Shown here: positions 1 to 8,944 of the stretch, in pieces
Position numbering within the stretch: position 1 is the stretch's first letter
Layout of the letters: every line of letters begins with the position of its first letter
Assembly (NCBI GenBank): GCA_965205015.1
Contig: OZ242029.1
Span: 5,536,001-5,600,000, forward strand
DNA from: Candidatus Poribacteria bacterium
GTDB lineage: Bacteria > Poribacteria > WGA-4E > WGA-3G
Length of the DNA: 64,000 nucleotides
Reading direction: 5' to 3'
Position numbers and translations under genes: made by a program
The notes under the pieces: generated by a model
Databases searched by the model: none
Told to the model about the DNA's origin: nothing
Seen by the model: the letters and a program-made list of their open reading frames with translations, nothing else

Positions 1-510
1 CATAACGACCTCTTCAACTTTGAAGATGATGATTTTACCGTCGGATGTTGGATGAACTCGGAAAATAAAGATGCCTATGTCGTGATTAAACGGAACGGCG
101 GTGCTGGGTTCTGGGCAATGAGTTCAAGTATTGACAGAGACACCGGTTTCTTTATCTTCGAGGGGGGTGGAAACCACATTGACGACGGTAAAACCGATAT
201 CGTTGGAAACGGTTGGCATCACACTGTCGCCGTTCGCAAGAAAGGCGTTATCTCTTTGTATGTGAACGGCAAAAAGGAAACAGAACGGAACGTCGGCGCA
301 AACATGGATAATCCTGCTATTCTGAAGTTCGGCGGTTGGGGTAGTGAAAACCTCGTTGGCGGATTAGATGAGGTCTTTATCACGAAAAAAGGCGTGGCGT
401 TAGAAGAGGAGGACATCCAGCTCCTCGCCGAGGAAGGTTGGGAGACGGCATTAGATGTTTCGGCGAAAGGTAAGTTAGCGACGACTTGGGCGACCTTGAA
501 AGCCCAATAG
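1..510 (+). CDS. LamG/concanavalin A-like domain protein, 5'-truncated by the window edge, with C-terminal TTW tail
   Basis: Frame 1 is open from base 1 (HNDLFNFEDDDFTVGCWMN...); WHH-T-VAV, LYVNG and GGLDEV LamG motifs; ends VSAKGKLATTWATLKAQ. Confidence 0.85.
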   Translation, partial: HNDLFNFEDDDFTVGCWMNSENKDAYVVIKRNGGAGFWAMSSSIDRDTGFFIFEGGGNHIDDGKTDIVGNGWHHTVAVRKKGVISLYVNGKKETERNVGANMDNPAILKFGGWGSENLVGGLDEVFITKKGVALEEEDIQLLAEEGWETALDVSAKGKLATTWATLKAQ

Positions 511-557
511 ATGCCGGTCCGTTCTCAACGGGGCACACAACATAGAAATAGCACAAA

Positions 558-1037
558 ATGCAGACAAATTCCAGTGTCCACCTCTCTGAAAGCCACCTTC
601 TGACGCAAGCGTTTCAAGAAAACCGGAACCTCGTGGTACTGGTCACCTATGCTGGCAAACGATATGTTAGGATTCGCAAGGTGACCCAGTACAATCTCTT
701 GATTCAAGACGAGTTACCGATCTCCAAATTAGAGGTTGTTATGGCTTACCCTACCGACGCCCAGACGCTTATGAAGTCTGATCACCTGATTGACGATCAG
801 GTAAAAACCCTAAACCAGAAACCGATCAAAAAAATCCGTGACCGGAAAATCGTTAACATGGTCGCGGCTGTTGGTGATCCGGTTAGGATCGTCCTGCGGA
901 CTGGCGATGTTATCACAGGGTTCTGTAGATGGGTTTCGCGATACAATATCTTGCTGAACGTTAGAGGTGCCTTTGTGCTGATCTATAAGCACGGCATTCA
1001 TGAATTGAAGAATTACAGAACACCACCCTCCAATTAG
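558..1037 (+). CDS. Hfq/Sm-like fold protein, possibly two tandem domains
   Basis: C-terminal PVRIVLRTGDVITG...YNILL...LIYKHGI resembles Hfq Sm1/Sm2 (PVSIYLVNGIKLQG...FVILL...MVYKHAI); the N-terminal half has a degenerate similar pattern. Confidence 0.6.
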   Translation: MQTNSSVHLSESHLLTQAFQENRNLVVLVTYAGKRYVRIRKVTQYNLLIQDELPISKLEVVMAYPTDAQTLMKSDHLIDDQVKTLNQKPIKKIRDRKIVNMVAAVGDPVRIVLRTGDVITGFCRWVSRYNILLNVRGAFVLIYKHGIHELKNYRTPPSN

Positions 1038-1080
1038 AAAGACCCACTCTATTCTTTCACCTCTGTCCCGTGAGGATATT

Positions 1081-1106
1081 GGCGGGAACATGTTCCCGCC
1101 CTTTTT
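1081..1106 (+). terminator. Intrinsic terminator between convergent genes
   Basis: GGCGGGAAC-AT-GTTCCCGCC inverted repeat followed by CTTTTT. Confidence 0.7.
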
Positions 1107-1108
1107 AT

Positions 1109-2095
1109 TTATACGAAAAATTTCTCAGCCACCTCGGTTTTAAAATTCTTGCCCATCACTCGGTAGCCCTCCGCATCTGGGTGTAGGGCATCTGGGAGCA
1201 GATGCTCGTAATCCGTCCCAAACACACGCAACCCGTCAATGTAATGGACGTGTCGATCACCGTGTGATTGAAGTGCCTCGGCAGCGGCTTGTACCTCTTC
1301 ACGCATCCCCTTGAGATGAAATCCTACGGCGTTTGGATTCTCCTCCCTCGGCGGAGAATAGATAGGAGACATCAGAACGAGCGGTATATCTGGATGTTTC
1401 TCACGGACAATTTGGACGGCTCCGATAATTGCGGGACGAAACGCTCGCGGTCCCAAACTGGAGGCACCTTGGATGTTAATGCCGAGACACATCGAGATAT
1501 AATCGGCAGGCAGATCGCGGATCATCCGTGCCACCATGGCATCGAGATGGCACTGTCCACCGTAACCGAGACAGGTTAAATTCAAGCCGTGTTGACGTGC
1601 GACAATCGCGGGCCACGTCTGTGTCGGCGATGCCGCCGTCCGGCACTGTGTGATAGAACTCCCATACGTCACCCACCGAGGTCGAGCGTCGGCGAACGGG
1701 TGCAGCGTCGCGCTATCCTCTATTTCCAAGTTGCGAAGTTGAAAACTTCCGAATTGCGGTAGCCACACCTCAATCAATTTTTCCTTATCGGACAACCCCT
1801 CAAAAGTGAAGGTATCTTTTTGCGTCAGGTCAAGCGAGGCTACGATTTCACCATCACAACAGAGATCCAGCATCCCACTCTCTTTCTGTGGCACGATATT
1901 GCCCGAAATCCGCGTCGTATTGCTCCGAAAACTGATACGAACCCCCGCGGGCATCGCTGAGCGTTCCAGTAACGGCTTTGGGAATAAGACATGCATCGGG
2001 TGCGGTGTGCGCCACGGCATCACCCACTCCTCAGTCTTGTGTAGGGAGACAGCACCCTGCCAAGTTAATTGCGGTGCATCCGGCTTCAGTTGCAT
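1109..2095 (-). CDS. SGNH/GDSL hydrolase with N-terminal beta domain (SsfX3-like)
   Basis: YGSSITQ block I, LGYGG block II, GIN block III, DALHP block V. Confidence 0.85.
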   Translation of the reverse strand: MQLKPDAPQLTWQGAVSLHKTEEWVMPWRTPHPMHVLFPKPLLERSAMPAGVRISFRSNTTRISGNIVPQKESGMLDLCCDGEIVASLDLTQKDTFTFEGLSDKEKLIEVWLPQFGSFQLRNLEIEDSATLHPFADARPRWVTYGSSITQCRTAASPTQTWPAIVARQHGLNLTCLGYGGQCHLDAMVARMIRDLPADYISMCLGINIQGASSLGPRAFRPAIIGAVQIVREKHPDIPLVLMSPIYSPPREENPNAVGFHLKGMREEVQAAAEALQSHGDRHVHYIDGLRVFGTDYEHLLPDALHPDAEGYRVMGKNFKTEVAEKFFV

Positions 2096-2121
2096 CGTAT
2101 TTCTCCTTCACCTATAAGTAG

Positions 2122-2934
2122 CTACATGGCATCAACTAAGGTGCGCAGTTGCTGCACACCCTTCAACATATCCTCTGGTTGCCCCCAATGTTCAATGCTT
2201 GCTGCACCCGTGAATCCATCAGCGACAAGCGTTTCCAATAACTGTTTATAGTGCAGTCCTGTGTCGCCAATCGGATCCAGGTTTTTCTCACTGTTGGGTT
2301 TCACATGGACGTGCCGCACCAGTCCCTTAATATGGGAGTACCCATCCGGCAAGGGATTTTCTCCACAGTGTAGTCCGTTATTGACATCCCAGCACGAGGT
2401 GAGAGCGGGACTATTGCCGAGCGCCGTGATGACGGCACGGGTCTCCTCACAGGTTCCGGCGAGACAGGCACTTTCGTTTTCAAAGCACAGCGTAACGTTC
2501 CCGCTCTCTGCAACCGGAACGACAAGAGAGAGTTTCTCGACAATGCGTTCCATATAGTCGTTAATATCCGGGCGCGGTGCCCCTTTCGTTCGACGATTTG
2601 GGTTCCAAAACGTAAATCCTCGAATGACTTGGGTATCAAATGCGTGTGCCAATGTCACCATCCGGTCAAAGTGTCGTCGATGCTGCTCATACTCCTCCGA
2701 ATCGTCAATGGCGCATTTACCGAAGGGGGATCCGACACTCGCAACACGTACGTTATAAGTGCTGAGTACATCCTGAATACGTTTGACATCGTCATCATCA
2801 ATCTCGGTCACGTGTTTTCCCCAAACACCGCCGCGGATTTCGACGGTATTTGCGCCGGCTTCAACACCGAGTTTAATGGCTTCCTCGAAATCGGTTTTAG
2901 AAACCTCGTCCGCAAAATAGCAAACATCAATCAT
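2122..2934 (-). CDS. Sugar phosphate isomerase/epimerase (xylose isomerase-like TIM barrel)
   Basis: FENE, WDVNN, HVHVK, SIEH metal-binding motifs. Confidence 0.85.
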   Translation of the reverse strand: MIDVCYFADEVSKTDFEEAIKLGVEAGANTVEIRGGVWGKHVTEIDDDDVKRIQDVLSTYNVRVASVGSPFGKCAIDDSEEYEQHRRHFDRMVTLAHAFDTQVIRGFTFWNPNRRTKGAPRPDINDYMERIVEKLSLVVPVAESGNVTLCFENESACLAGTCEETRAVITALGNSPALTSCWDVNNGLHCGENPLPDGYSHIKGLVRHVHVKPNSEKNLDPIGDTGLHYKQLLETLVADGFTGAASIEHWGQPEDMLKGVQQLRTLVDAM

Positions 2935-2950
2935 TTTATAAAGATTCCTC

Positions 2951-3580
2951 CTAAAATTTCTTTAATTGTGCCAGTATTGGCTCAGCACCGATACGTTTAC
3001 CATTCTTGACATCAAGGTATTTCCACGCGATGTTACCATCCTGATTAACAATATAGGTCGTTGGACGTGCCACCTCGACCTCACTCGGATCAACCACATT
3101 ATAAGCCTCAATCGTCTTCGTGTTTTCATCCGAGAGCAAGAGATAGGTGATTTGAAGCATCTGCTGCGTTGAATTAGCATCCGCTATAGGATCGGAACTG
3201 ATAGCGATAAGTTCGGCACCTTCGGCTTGAATCTCTTCATAACCTTCCTGCAACTCACCGAGTTGCGTTCGACAGTCGCCTCATGTGCCGGTCCGGTAGA
3301 AAACAATAACGAGTTTCTGCCCGCGATACTCCGAAAGCGTATGGAATTCCCCATCACCATCTGGAAGTGAGAAGTCGGGTGCGAGTGCTCCGAGGTCCAA
3401 CCCTTCGCCCATTGGGAGTTTTTTCGCTGCGTCCTCTGGGGCTGTTACAACGTGGGTCGCCCGTTCTGCGTTGTCACAAGCGAGGCATAAGAAAATAATC
3501 ACAGTACACAGAACTGAGAAACCCGCTAAAGTCGCCTTCCTCGAAAATGGCGATCTCAGTTTTATAATCCAATTGTCCAT
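2951..3580 (-). CDS. AhpC/TSA (peroxiredoxin-like) redoxin lipoprotein, putative selenoprotein (UGA at 3281-3283, UxxC)
   Basis: ORFs 3281..3595 and 2951..3253 are in one frame; readthrough gives APDFSLPD...LVIVFYRTGT-U-GDCRTQLGELQEGYEEIQAEGAELIAISSD...RPTTYIVNQDGNI; ATG at 3580 overlaps the sulfatase stop (ATGA); hydrophobic leader ending CLAC. Confidence 0.88.
3250..3266 (-). promoter_or_regulatory. Putative bacterial SECIS hairpin
   Basis: GCAACTC-GGT-GAGTTGC perfect 7-bp stem; loop starts 21 nt after the in-frame UGA. Confidence 0.7.
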
Positions 3581-4911
3581 CAGTTTCGATTGCATGTTTC
3601 AGGTCTCCCTTCATCGGCTTGTGCGTGCATCCAGTGCCGGACATCGGCGCGCATCTCTTCAAGAATTGGACGCATTTCCGCACTGAACGCCAAATTGTTG
3701 AACTCATACGGATCCGTCGTCACATCATATAATTCCTCTACCGGGTGATGCTGCGTGAGATAAACGAGTTCTGCCGTTTGCGGATCGGTCTCGGCTTTCT
3801 CTACCCAACTGTTCCACACCTCGGCGTGGCTTTCTGGAATGCCTGCAACCTCAGTGAAGTGGGTTGTCCATCTGTTTTCGGGCATCAGGTTCAAGATGTA
3901 TTTATAGCGGGTAGTGCGAACACAGCGCTGTGGGAATACATTCATATCTCCGTCGCGGGTATGCGTGCCATAGATTTTATCGCGGAAAGTCGTTTGTCGT
4001 CCGAGCAGGACATTCTTAAAACTGCTGCCGTCCAAACCGTCCAAGGGTTCACCACCAGCGATCTCTATAAGCGTCGGAAAGAAATCAACGTGTGAAACCA
4101 TCGCGTCCGAGACAGTGTCGGCTGGGATCTCGCCGCGCCATTTGGCGAGAAAGGGTAGACGGATACCGGTGTCATATAAAGTCCATTTGCAGTGGGGCCA
4201 CTCGGCACCGTGATCGGTCGTGTAGATGAAGAGTGTATTGTCGGCATATCCGTGTGTCTCTAACATTTTATTTACTGCGCCGATGCGGGCATCCATTGTT
4301 GTGATGTCTTGATAGTAATTGGCAAGCGCATTTCGAGCGATGGGCGTATCAGCGATATAGGGCGGTAGCGGCAAAGTGTCTGGATTATAAATTTTGTTCG
4401 GTTCCCATGTGACATGCGGATTGCTATCACCGAGGATGAGACAGATGGGTTGATCCGGATTCTCCCGTCGATGGCTTGAAAGAAAACGTTCAACCGGGGC
4501 GGTATCAAGTCCTTCTGCCCGATACTTCCGATCATGCTCGGCACGCTTTGGCAGGAAACCCCCGATATACTCAAAATCGAAGAGAGGCTCCGGTTTCACA
4601 TGCGTTTTACCGGCGATCGCCACGCGATAACCGAGCTCTCGAAGTGTCCGTGGTAAGGCTTTAAGATGAGCGTGGCACTCCGTATGATTGCCCATTGCAC
4701 CGTGTCGAGCTGGATATAACCCCGTATACAGGGTGGAACGAGACGGCGCACATGTCGGTGTCGGTGTGAAAGCGTGTGTAAAACGGACTCCTTCCTCGGC
4801 GAGACGATCTAAATGTGGCGTTTGGATCTGGGCATTTCCGTAACAACCGAGGTATTCCCAGCCGTGATCATCGGACAGGTAGACAACGATATTTGGCTTC
4901 TTTGATGGCAT
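3580..4911 (-). CDS. Cys-type (formylglycine) sulfatase
   Basis: PNIVVYLSDD, CAPSR signature, GKTH, DHG, ELYD..DPYE..NLA. Confidence 0.93.
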   Translation of the reverse strand: MPSKKPNIVVYLSDDHGWEYLGCYGNAQIQTPHLDRLAEEGVRFTHAFTPTPTCAPSRSTLYTGLYPARHGAMGNHTECHAHLKALPRTLRELGYRVAIAGKTHVKPEPLFDFEYIGGFLPKRAEHDRKYRAEGLDTAPVERFLSSHRRENPDQPICLILGDSNPHVTWEPNKIYNPDTLPLPPYIADTPIARNALANYYQDITTMDARIGAVNKMLETHGYADNTLFIYTTDHGAEWPHCKWTLYDTGIRLPFLAKWRGEIPADTVSDAMVSHVDFFPTLIEIAGGEPLDGLDGSSFKNVLLGRQTTFRDKIYGTHTRDGDMNVFPQRCVRTTRYKYILNLMPENRWTTHFTEVAGIPESHAEVWNSWVEKAETDPQTAELVYLTQHHPVEELYDVTTDPYEFNNLAFSAEMRPILEEMRADVRHWMHAQADEGRPETCNRN

Positions 4912-4915
4912 TATG

Positions 4916-5773
4916 TTAGTCGTCCTTAGCAGATGGAAACGGTTTCGGTTTTTCAGGATCTTCGATTTTCATCTCGACGGTTTCCGGTGGAAATTGTGTG
5001 CAGACCGCGCCGTCTTTCATTACCCATCGGAAATTGTGCCAGAAGCGTTTGCTTGTCTTGACGATTTCTGGATTCGTATAGACACCTGCGATAGCAATAC
5101 GGCTCTTTTCACTCTTGTTCGGCGGACTATAGTGCCACATACTACTGTGCCAAATGACGGCATCCCCGGTACCCAATTCAATATGGTGTATGCCCCGCTT
5201 TTCGATCATCTCATGAACGGCTTCCCTTGGCAATTCACCGTGTATGCTATCGGGATACAAGACGTGTTCAACAATCTCGGTTTTGTGGCTGCCAGGAATG
5301 AATTGCATGCACCCATTCTCTCGCGTCGCAGGTTCAAGCGGTATCCAGAAGTTGAAAGGCTCCGTTTCACCGTCCCGCCAGAGTCCGTTGTCTTGGTGCC
5401 ACGGCGTTGCAGCACCAGTGCGTGCTGGTTTGAGGAAGCAGCTATTGAACTTCATGATGATATCGTCGCCGAGGAAATAGCGTGCAATATTGAGAACTGT
5501 CGGCGCAGCATGCACGTTGTGCCATATCAGCGGCGATTCGACACAGAAGTTAGCGAGTTTTCGAAAGCGTGCGATGCGCCCTTGTGGTGAGTCGTCCATC
5601 GGATCCATAGGATCGTAATCGGCGAACTCGCCGGCGTTGGGCAGCATAAGGACGTTACGAATGACGCCGCGGAGTTGTGCTGCTAAATCTTCTGAGATAA
5701 TATTACGAAGGATAAAGTAGCCTTCGGTCTCGTATTGCGTTTTTTGTTCGACGGTTGGTTGCCATCGCTTCAT
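4916..5773 (-). CDS. Phytanoyl-CoA dioxygenase (PhyH) family Fe(II)/2OG dioxygenase
   Basis: WHQD, ENGCM..PGSH and distal H(YS) motifs; start placed at MKRW behind a GGGAGAAGGA RBS. Confidence 0.9.
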   Translation of the reverse strand: MKRWQPTVEQKTQYETEGYFILRNIISEDLAAQLRGVIRNVLMLPNAGEFADYDPMDPMDDSPQGRIARFRKLANFCVESPLIWHNVHAAPTVLNIARYFLGDDIIMKFNSCFLKPARTGAATPWHQDNGLWRDGETEPFNFWIPLEPATRENGCMQFIPGSHKTEIVEHVLYPDSIHGELPREAVHEMIEKRGIHHIELGTGDAVIWHSSMWHYSPPNKSEKSRIAIAGVYTNPEIVKTSKRFWHNFRWVMKDGAVCTQFPPETVEMKIEDPEKPKPFPSAKDD

Positions 5774-5863
5774 TGGAATGTTCCTTCTCCCGTTGTTGAC
5801 CGGTGGACGTGTGATGAATCGCACGACTACAAACCTACTCTCAAGCTCAAAGTGGACAAAACA

Positions 5864-6454
5864 CTACGCAAAGAGGTCTTGAACCTGACATTGAAACCCT
5901 TCGACAACGTCCCCGCCATCAAGGATGTCAGTTCCACGTAAAACGGTAAAATCCTCGTTGGAGCGATACACCTCCACTGTTTCCCGTCGTGGATTGATGA
6001 CCCATACCATTGCACAACCCGCAGTTAACCACTCTTCCACCTTTTCAGCAACCTCGGCGTAGGTATCGCCAGGGGAGATGACTTCAACAGCCAAATCCGG
6101 AGCCCCCTCCCAATAACCCTTGACGATACCTTGACCTTCAACCGAGGCTTGTCGAACAAAAGCGGCATCTGGTGCGCGCACTGTATCAGGATTTTGGGCA
6201 ATCTTAAAACCTGTTTCGGCACCGCAAACATATCCTAATTGATGTGCTCTCACATGCACGTTAAGTTTGCTTCCAATTTCAGCAGCGCAGATGCCATGCT
6301 CAAATCCAGCAGGTGGCATTTTTTGCAGTACTCCTTTCACGAGCTCATAGCGAGTGCCATCATCGGGCTGCTTGGCGAGATCATCAGCCGTTAAAAGATT
6401 GTGTTGCGCAGCTGGCAATGTAGGTTTGGGTTGATTCATCCGCGGGTCTGCCAC
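5864..6454 (-). CDS. Uma2 (DUF820) family PD-(D/E)xK endonuclease-like protein
   Basis: RYELVKG, H, RAPD, PDLAVEVISP motifs; GTG start after AAGGAGG. Confidence 0.88.
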   Translation of the reverse strand: MADPRMNQPKPTLPAAQHNLLTADDLAKQPDDGTRYELVKGVLQKMPPAGFEHGICAAEIGSKLNVHVRAHQLGYVCGAETGFKIAQNPDTVRAPDAAFVRQASVEGQGIVKGYWEGAPDLAVEVISPGDTYAEVAEKVEEWLTAGCAMVWVINPRRETVEVYRSNEDFTVLRGTDILDGGDVVEGFQCQVQDLFA

Positions 6455-6532
6455 GATGCCCTCCTTAAGAGAATATTTAACAATCTTTGGCTTCTTATAT
6501 GATAACACTTGCAAGCACATCTATCAACTGCC

Positions 6533-7279
6533 TCAGCGACTCTTGAGGCGTCCCCAAGTGGTCGTGAGCAGACCGTTTGGAGAGACGGGTAGGACGGCTT
6601 CCACGCCTTTCATCAACTCAGCAATTTCTGCCTCCGTGATACCGCGGTCAAAGAAGATGACCTCGTCCAATCTACCGATAAACTTCTCACCGCCGAAGGT
6701 GCCAAACAGCAGTTCACCTGCCTGGTCTACATCACCGCCCTGTTTGACGGCAGATTCAAGCGCGCCGTCTACATAAAGTTTCATCTCACTGCCGTCGTAA
6801 AGTCCAACGATGTGATACCATTTTTCGGGGTCGATGACGGATGTTCCCCAGACACCGCCGGTAAATCCACCGCCCGACCAGATGCCAAAGACATAGCCGC
6901 CCGGTACTCGTTCAGTCGCTGATTGGACCTCCAATAGATAAGAACCGTTTCGTCGAATAGCGGTATCGGAAACGCCTTTATTCATATAGACCCACGTTGC
7001 GATAGTCATCTGGTCCTTGAAATTGATGCTATCGGAAGGTTCAACAGTCACAACATGCGGTGGTTCAAATTCCAACGCACCGCCGAATTTACCTTCTGCC
7101 CACTTCGCACCAGTGATTGCACCGTCGTTCCCGTTGCCCGAGGTATCCGCTGCAGTATTGCCGTTCCCTTCATCAAAAAGCCAGATGCCGACTGCATCGT
7201 CCAGCAGCTCAGCCGAAAGTTGACTTGTTGCCATACACAACAAGCCTCCAATGATCACAAACCAAAATATTCGTTTCAT
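6533..7279 (-). CDS. Secreted LamG domain protein with C-terminal TTW tail
   Basis: Signal peptide; WLFDEG.G..A.D.SGNG, GKFGGALEF, WYHI, GRLDEV; ends VSPNGLLTTTWGRLKSR. Confidence 0.88.
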   Translation of the reverse strand: MKRIFWFVIIGGLLCMATSQLSAELLDDAVGIWLFDEGNGNTAADTSGNGNDGAITGAKWAEGKFGGALEFEPPHVVTVEPSDSINFKDQMTIATWVYMNKGVSDTAIRRNGSYLLEVQSATERVPGGYVFGIWSGGGFTGGVWGTSVIDPEKWYHIVGLYDGSEMKLYVDGALESAVKQGGDVDQAGELLFGTFGGEKFIGRLDEVIFFDRGITEAEIAELMKGVEAVLPVSPNGLLTTTWGRLKSR

Positions 7280-7378
7280 TTTCTTTCCCCCTGATATACG
7301 AGTTTAGCAGAAAGGGGAAAATGTGTCAAGGGATAGCGATCACCTGAATCAGGATTTTAGGATTGGTAGGACAAACTC

Positions 7379-7422
7379 GTCTGAATCGCGGATTGCACAG
7401 ATGAAGCAGATGACGCGGATTT
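7379..7422. repeat. Dispersed intergenic repeat (GTCTGAATCGCGGA...GACGCGGATTT)
   Basis: The same two blocks recur at 44898-44923 with a shorter spacer. Confidence 0.6.
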
Positions 7423-7535
7423 AAGTATTTTTTATTCAATACCTATTCTTCCATAGAGGCAACATGATTTTCGGTTGAATTATTTAGGAAAGCGTGATAA
7501 ATTGAAAGAAACAGTATTGCTATGCGAATTGAAAA

Positions 7536-8276
7536 ATGCTAACGCAAGAAATGGTAGCCGATGTCCCTTCGGATCCGGGTGTTTATTTTTTTCGCGGGGC
7601 TTCGGGGAAAATCCTTTACATCGGCAAGGCGAAATGTCTACGAAAACGCGTCCGCTCCTATCTCCATAAGGTCAAAAGACGTCCAAACAAAATCAAACGG
7701 CTCATCCGGTGGACAACAGATGTCCGGTATCAGGTCTGTCGTTCGGAACAGGAAGCACTCTTCTTAGAATCGCGGCTCATCCAAGAGTATCAACCTTCCT
7801 ATAACACCGCGCTGAAGTTTGGACGGACCTCTTGGTATATTCGGATAGATATCGGAGAGGCTTTTCCGCGCCTTGAAAGAGTCCCCGAAACACAGCCAGA
7901 TGGTGCGAGATATTTCGGTCCGTTGTCGAGTCGGCGATGGACAGATGAAGCCATTGACGTTTTACAGCGGATCTTTCCGGTGCGGACCTGCGAAGGTGAG
8001 ATTACACCGATACCGGGATTTCGTGCCTGTTTTCAGTATCACCTAAAACGCTGCGATGCGCCTTGTGCTGCACGCATCACGCGTGAGCTTTATGGAGAAA
8101 TGATAACGGATATCGTCAATTTGCTGGATGGGGAGTATGAAGCAGTACAAACAAGTCTGGTCTCGAAACGAGATGGAGCATCAGAGACACTGCAATTTGA
8201 GCGGGCTGCTGCGTTTCAAAAGCAGTTGCAGCGGATTCAGAAGGTCTTTACGTTTTTAGATGTCCACCGGAGGTAG
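7536..8276 (+). CDS. GIY-YIG nuclease similar to the UvrC N-terminal half (Cho-like), with Cys cluster and UVR motif
   Basis: PGVYFF..ILYIGKAK.LRKRVRSY, EALFLE..LI...P.YN, C..C.....C.APC, FERAA; lacks the UvrC RNase H and HhH domains. Confidence 0.85.
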   Translation: MLTQEMVADVPSDPGVYFFRGASGKILYIGKAKCLRKRVRSYLHKVKRRPNKIKRLIRWTTDVRYQVCRSEQEALFLESRLIQEYQPSYNTALKFGRTSWYIRIDIGEAFPRLERVPETQPDGARYFGPLSSRRWTDEAIDVLQRIFPVRTCEGEITPIPGFRACFQYHLKRCDAPCAARITRELYGEMITDIVNLLDGEYEAVQTSLVSKRDGASETLQFERAAAFQKQLQRIQKVFTFLDVHRR

Positions 8277-8333
8277 ATTTTGGGGTATTTGGTGTGCAAT
8301 TTGGACGGATTTGTATTAATTTGAAAAAAAATC

Positions 8334-8362
8334 TTGCCTAAAAAATTAATACGTGTTAGAAT
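8334..8362 (+). promoter_or_regulatory. Sigma70-type promoter of the first HMA gene
   Basis: TTGCCT-17 bp-TAGAAT, followed by an AAGGAGG RBS before ATG 8393. Confidence 0.55.
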
Positions 8363-8392
8363 AACGAATAAGTAATTCAAGGAGGTTAACCC

Positions 8393-8779
8393 ATGCATAT
8401 CGCAAGATTATCGCTTATTTGTCTTATTGCTTTCGTATTCATGGTAGGCTGTGGTCTGATTGGGAAAGAAGCAGAGATGCCTGAAACCACCACAGCTGCT
8501 ATGGACGGTGCTGAAATGAAATCCGACATGAAGACGGATGGCGACATGATGGAAGCCGCCGTTGAAGAAGTTACACTGAACGTTACAGGGATGACGTGAG
8601 GCGCGTGTACCAGCAAGGTGCAGGATGCACTCAGTAAAGTCGTCGGGGTTTCTGAAGTGGTCAGTGTTTCTTCAACGGATAACACGGCTGTTGTGAAGGT
8701 TGAGAAAGGTAAAGTTAAGTCTGCCGATCTCACGACAGCAGTTCAAGGTGCCGGCTTCAGTGCCGAAGTCGCTCAATAA
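8393..8779 (+). CDS. HMA-domain (CopZ/MerP-like) lipoprotein 1, putative selenoprotein (UGA 8597-8599, GMT-U-GAC)
   Basis: Lipobox MVGC; readthrough gives VTLNVTGMT-U-GACTSKVQDALSKVVGVSEVVSVS...AVVKVEKGKV..ADLTTAVQGAGFSAEV, ending TAA at 8777-8779; a complete HMA fold with GMTCxxC. Confidence 0.92.
8617..8631 (+). promoter_or_regulatory. Putative SECIS hairpin of HMA gene 1
   Basis: GGTGCA-GGA-TGCACT; loop 23 nt after UGA. Confidence 0.7.
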
Positions 8780-8793
8780 GGCTGAATCGGAGG

Positions 8794-8820
8794 GGGTGGG
8801 GTGACCCACCCTTTCTTTCT
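8794..8820 (+). terminator. Intrinsic terminator after HMA gene 1
   Basis: GGGTGGG-GTGA-CCCACCC then TTTCTTTCT, 15 nt after the readthrough stop codon. Confidence 0.65.
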
Positions 8821-8900
8821 ATAGGAACAGGTTGCAAACCACAACTCTCTTGCAGCCTTAATTCAAATAAAGTTTCAACCATCAGCGTTGAAGTTGAAGA

Positions 8901-8926
8901 GGCGCGATCGAGAGATCGTCCCTACA
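8901..8926 (-). repeat. GTAG-type REP-like palindrome
   Basis: Minus strand GTAGGGACGATC-TCTC-GATCGCGCC; similar to 17126-17149. Confidence 0.6.
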
Positions 8927-8944
8927 CATAAGGGGATTAAACTT

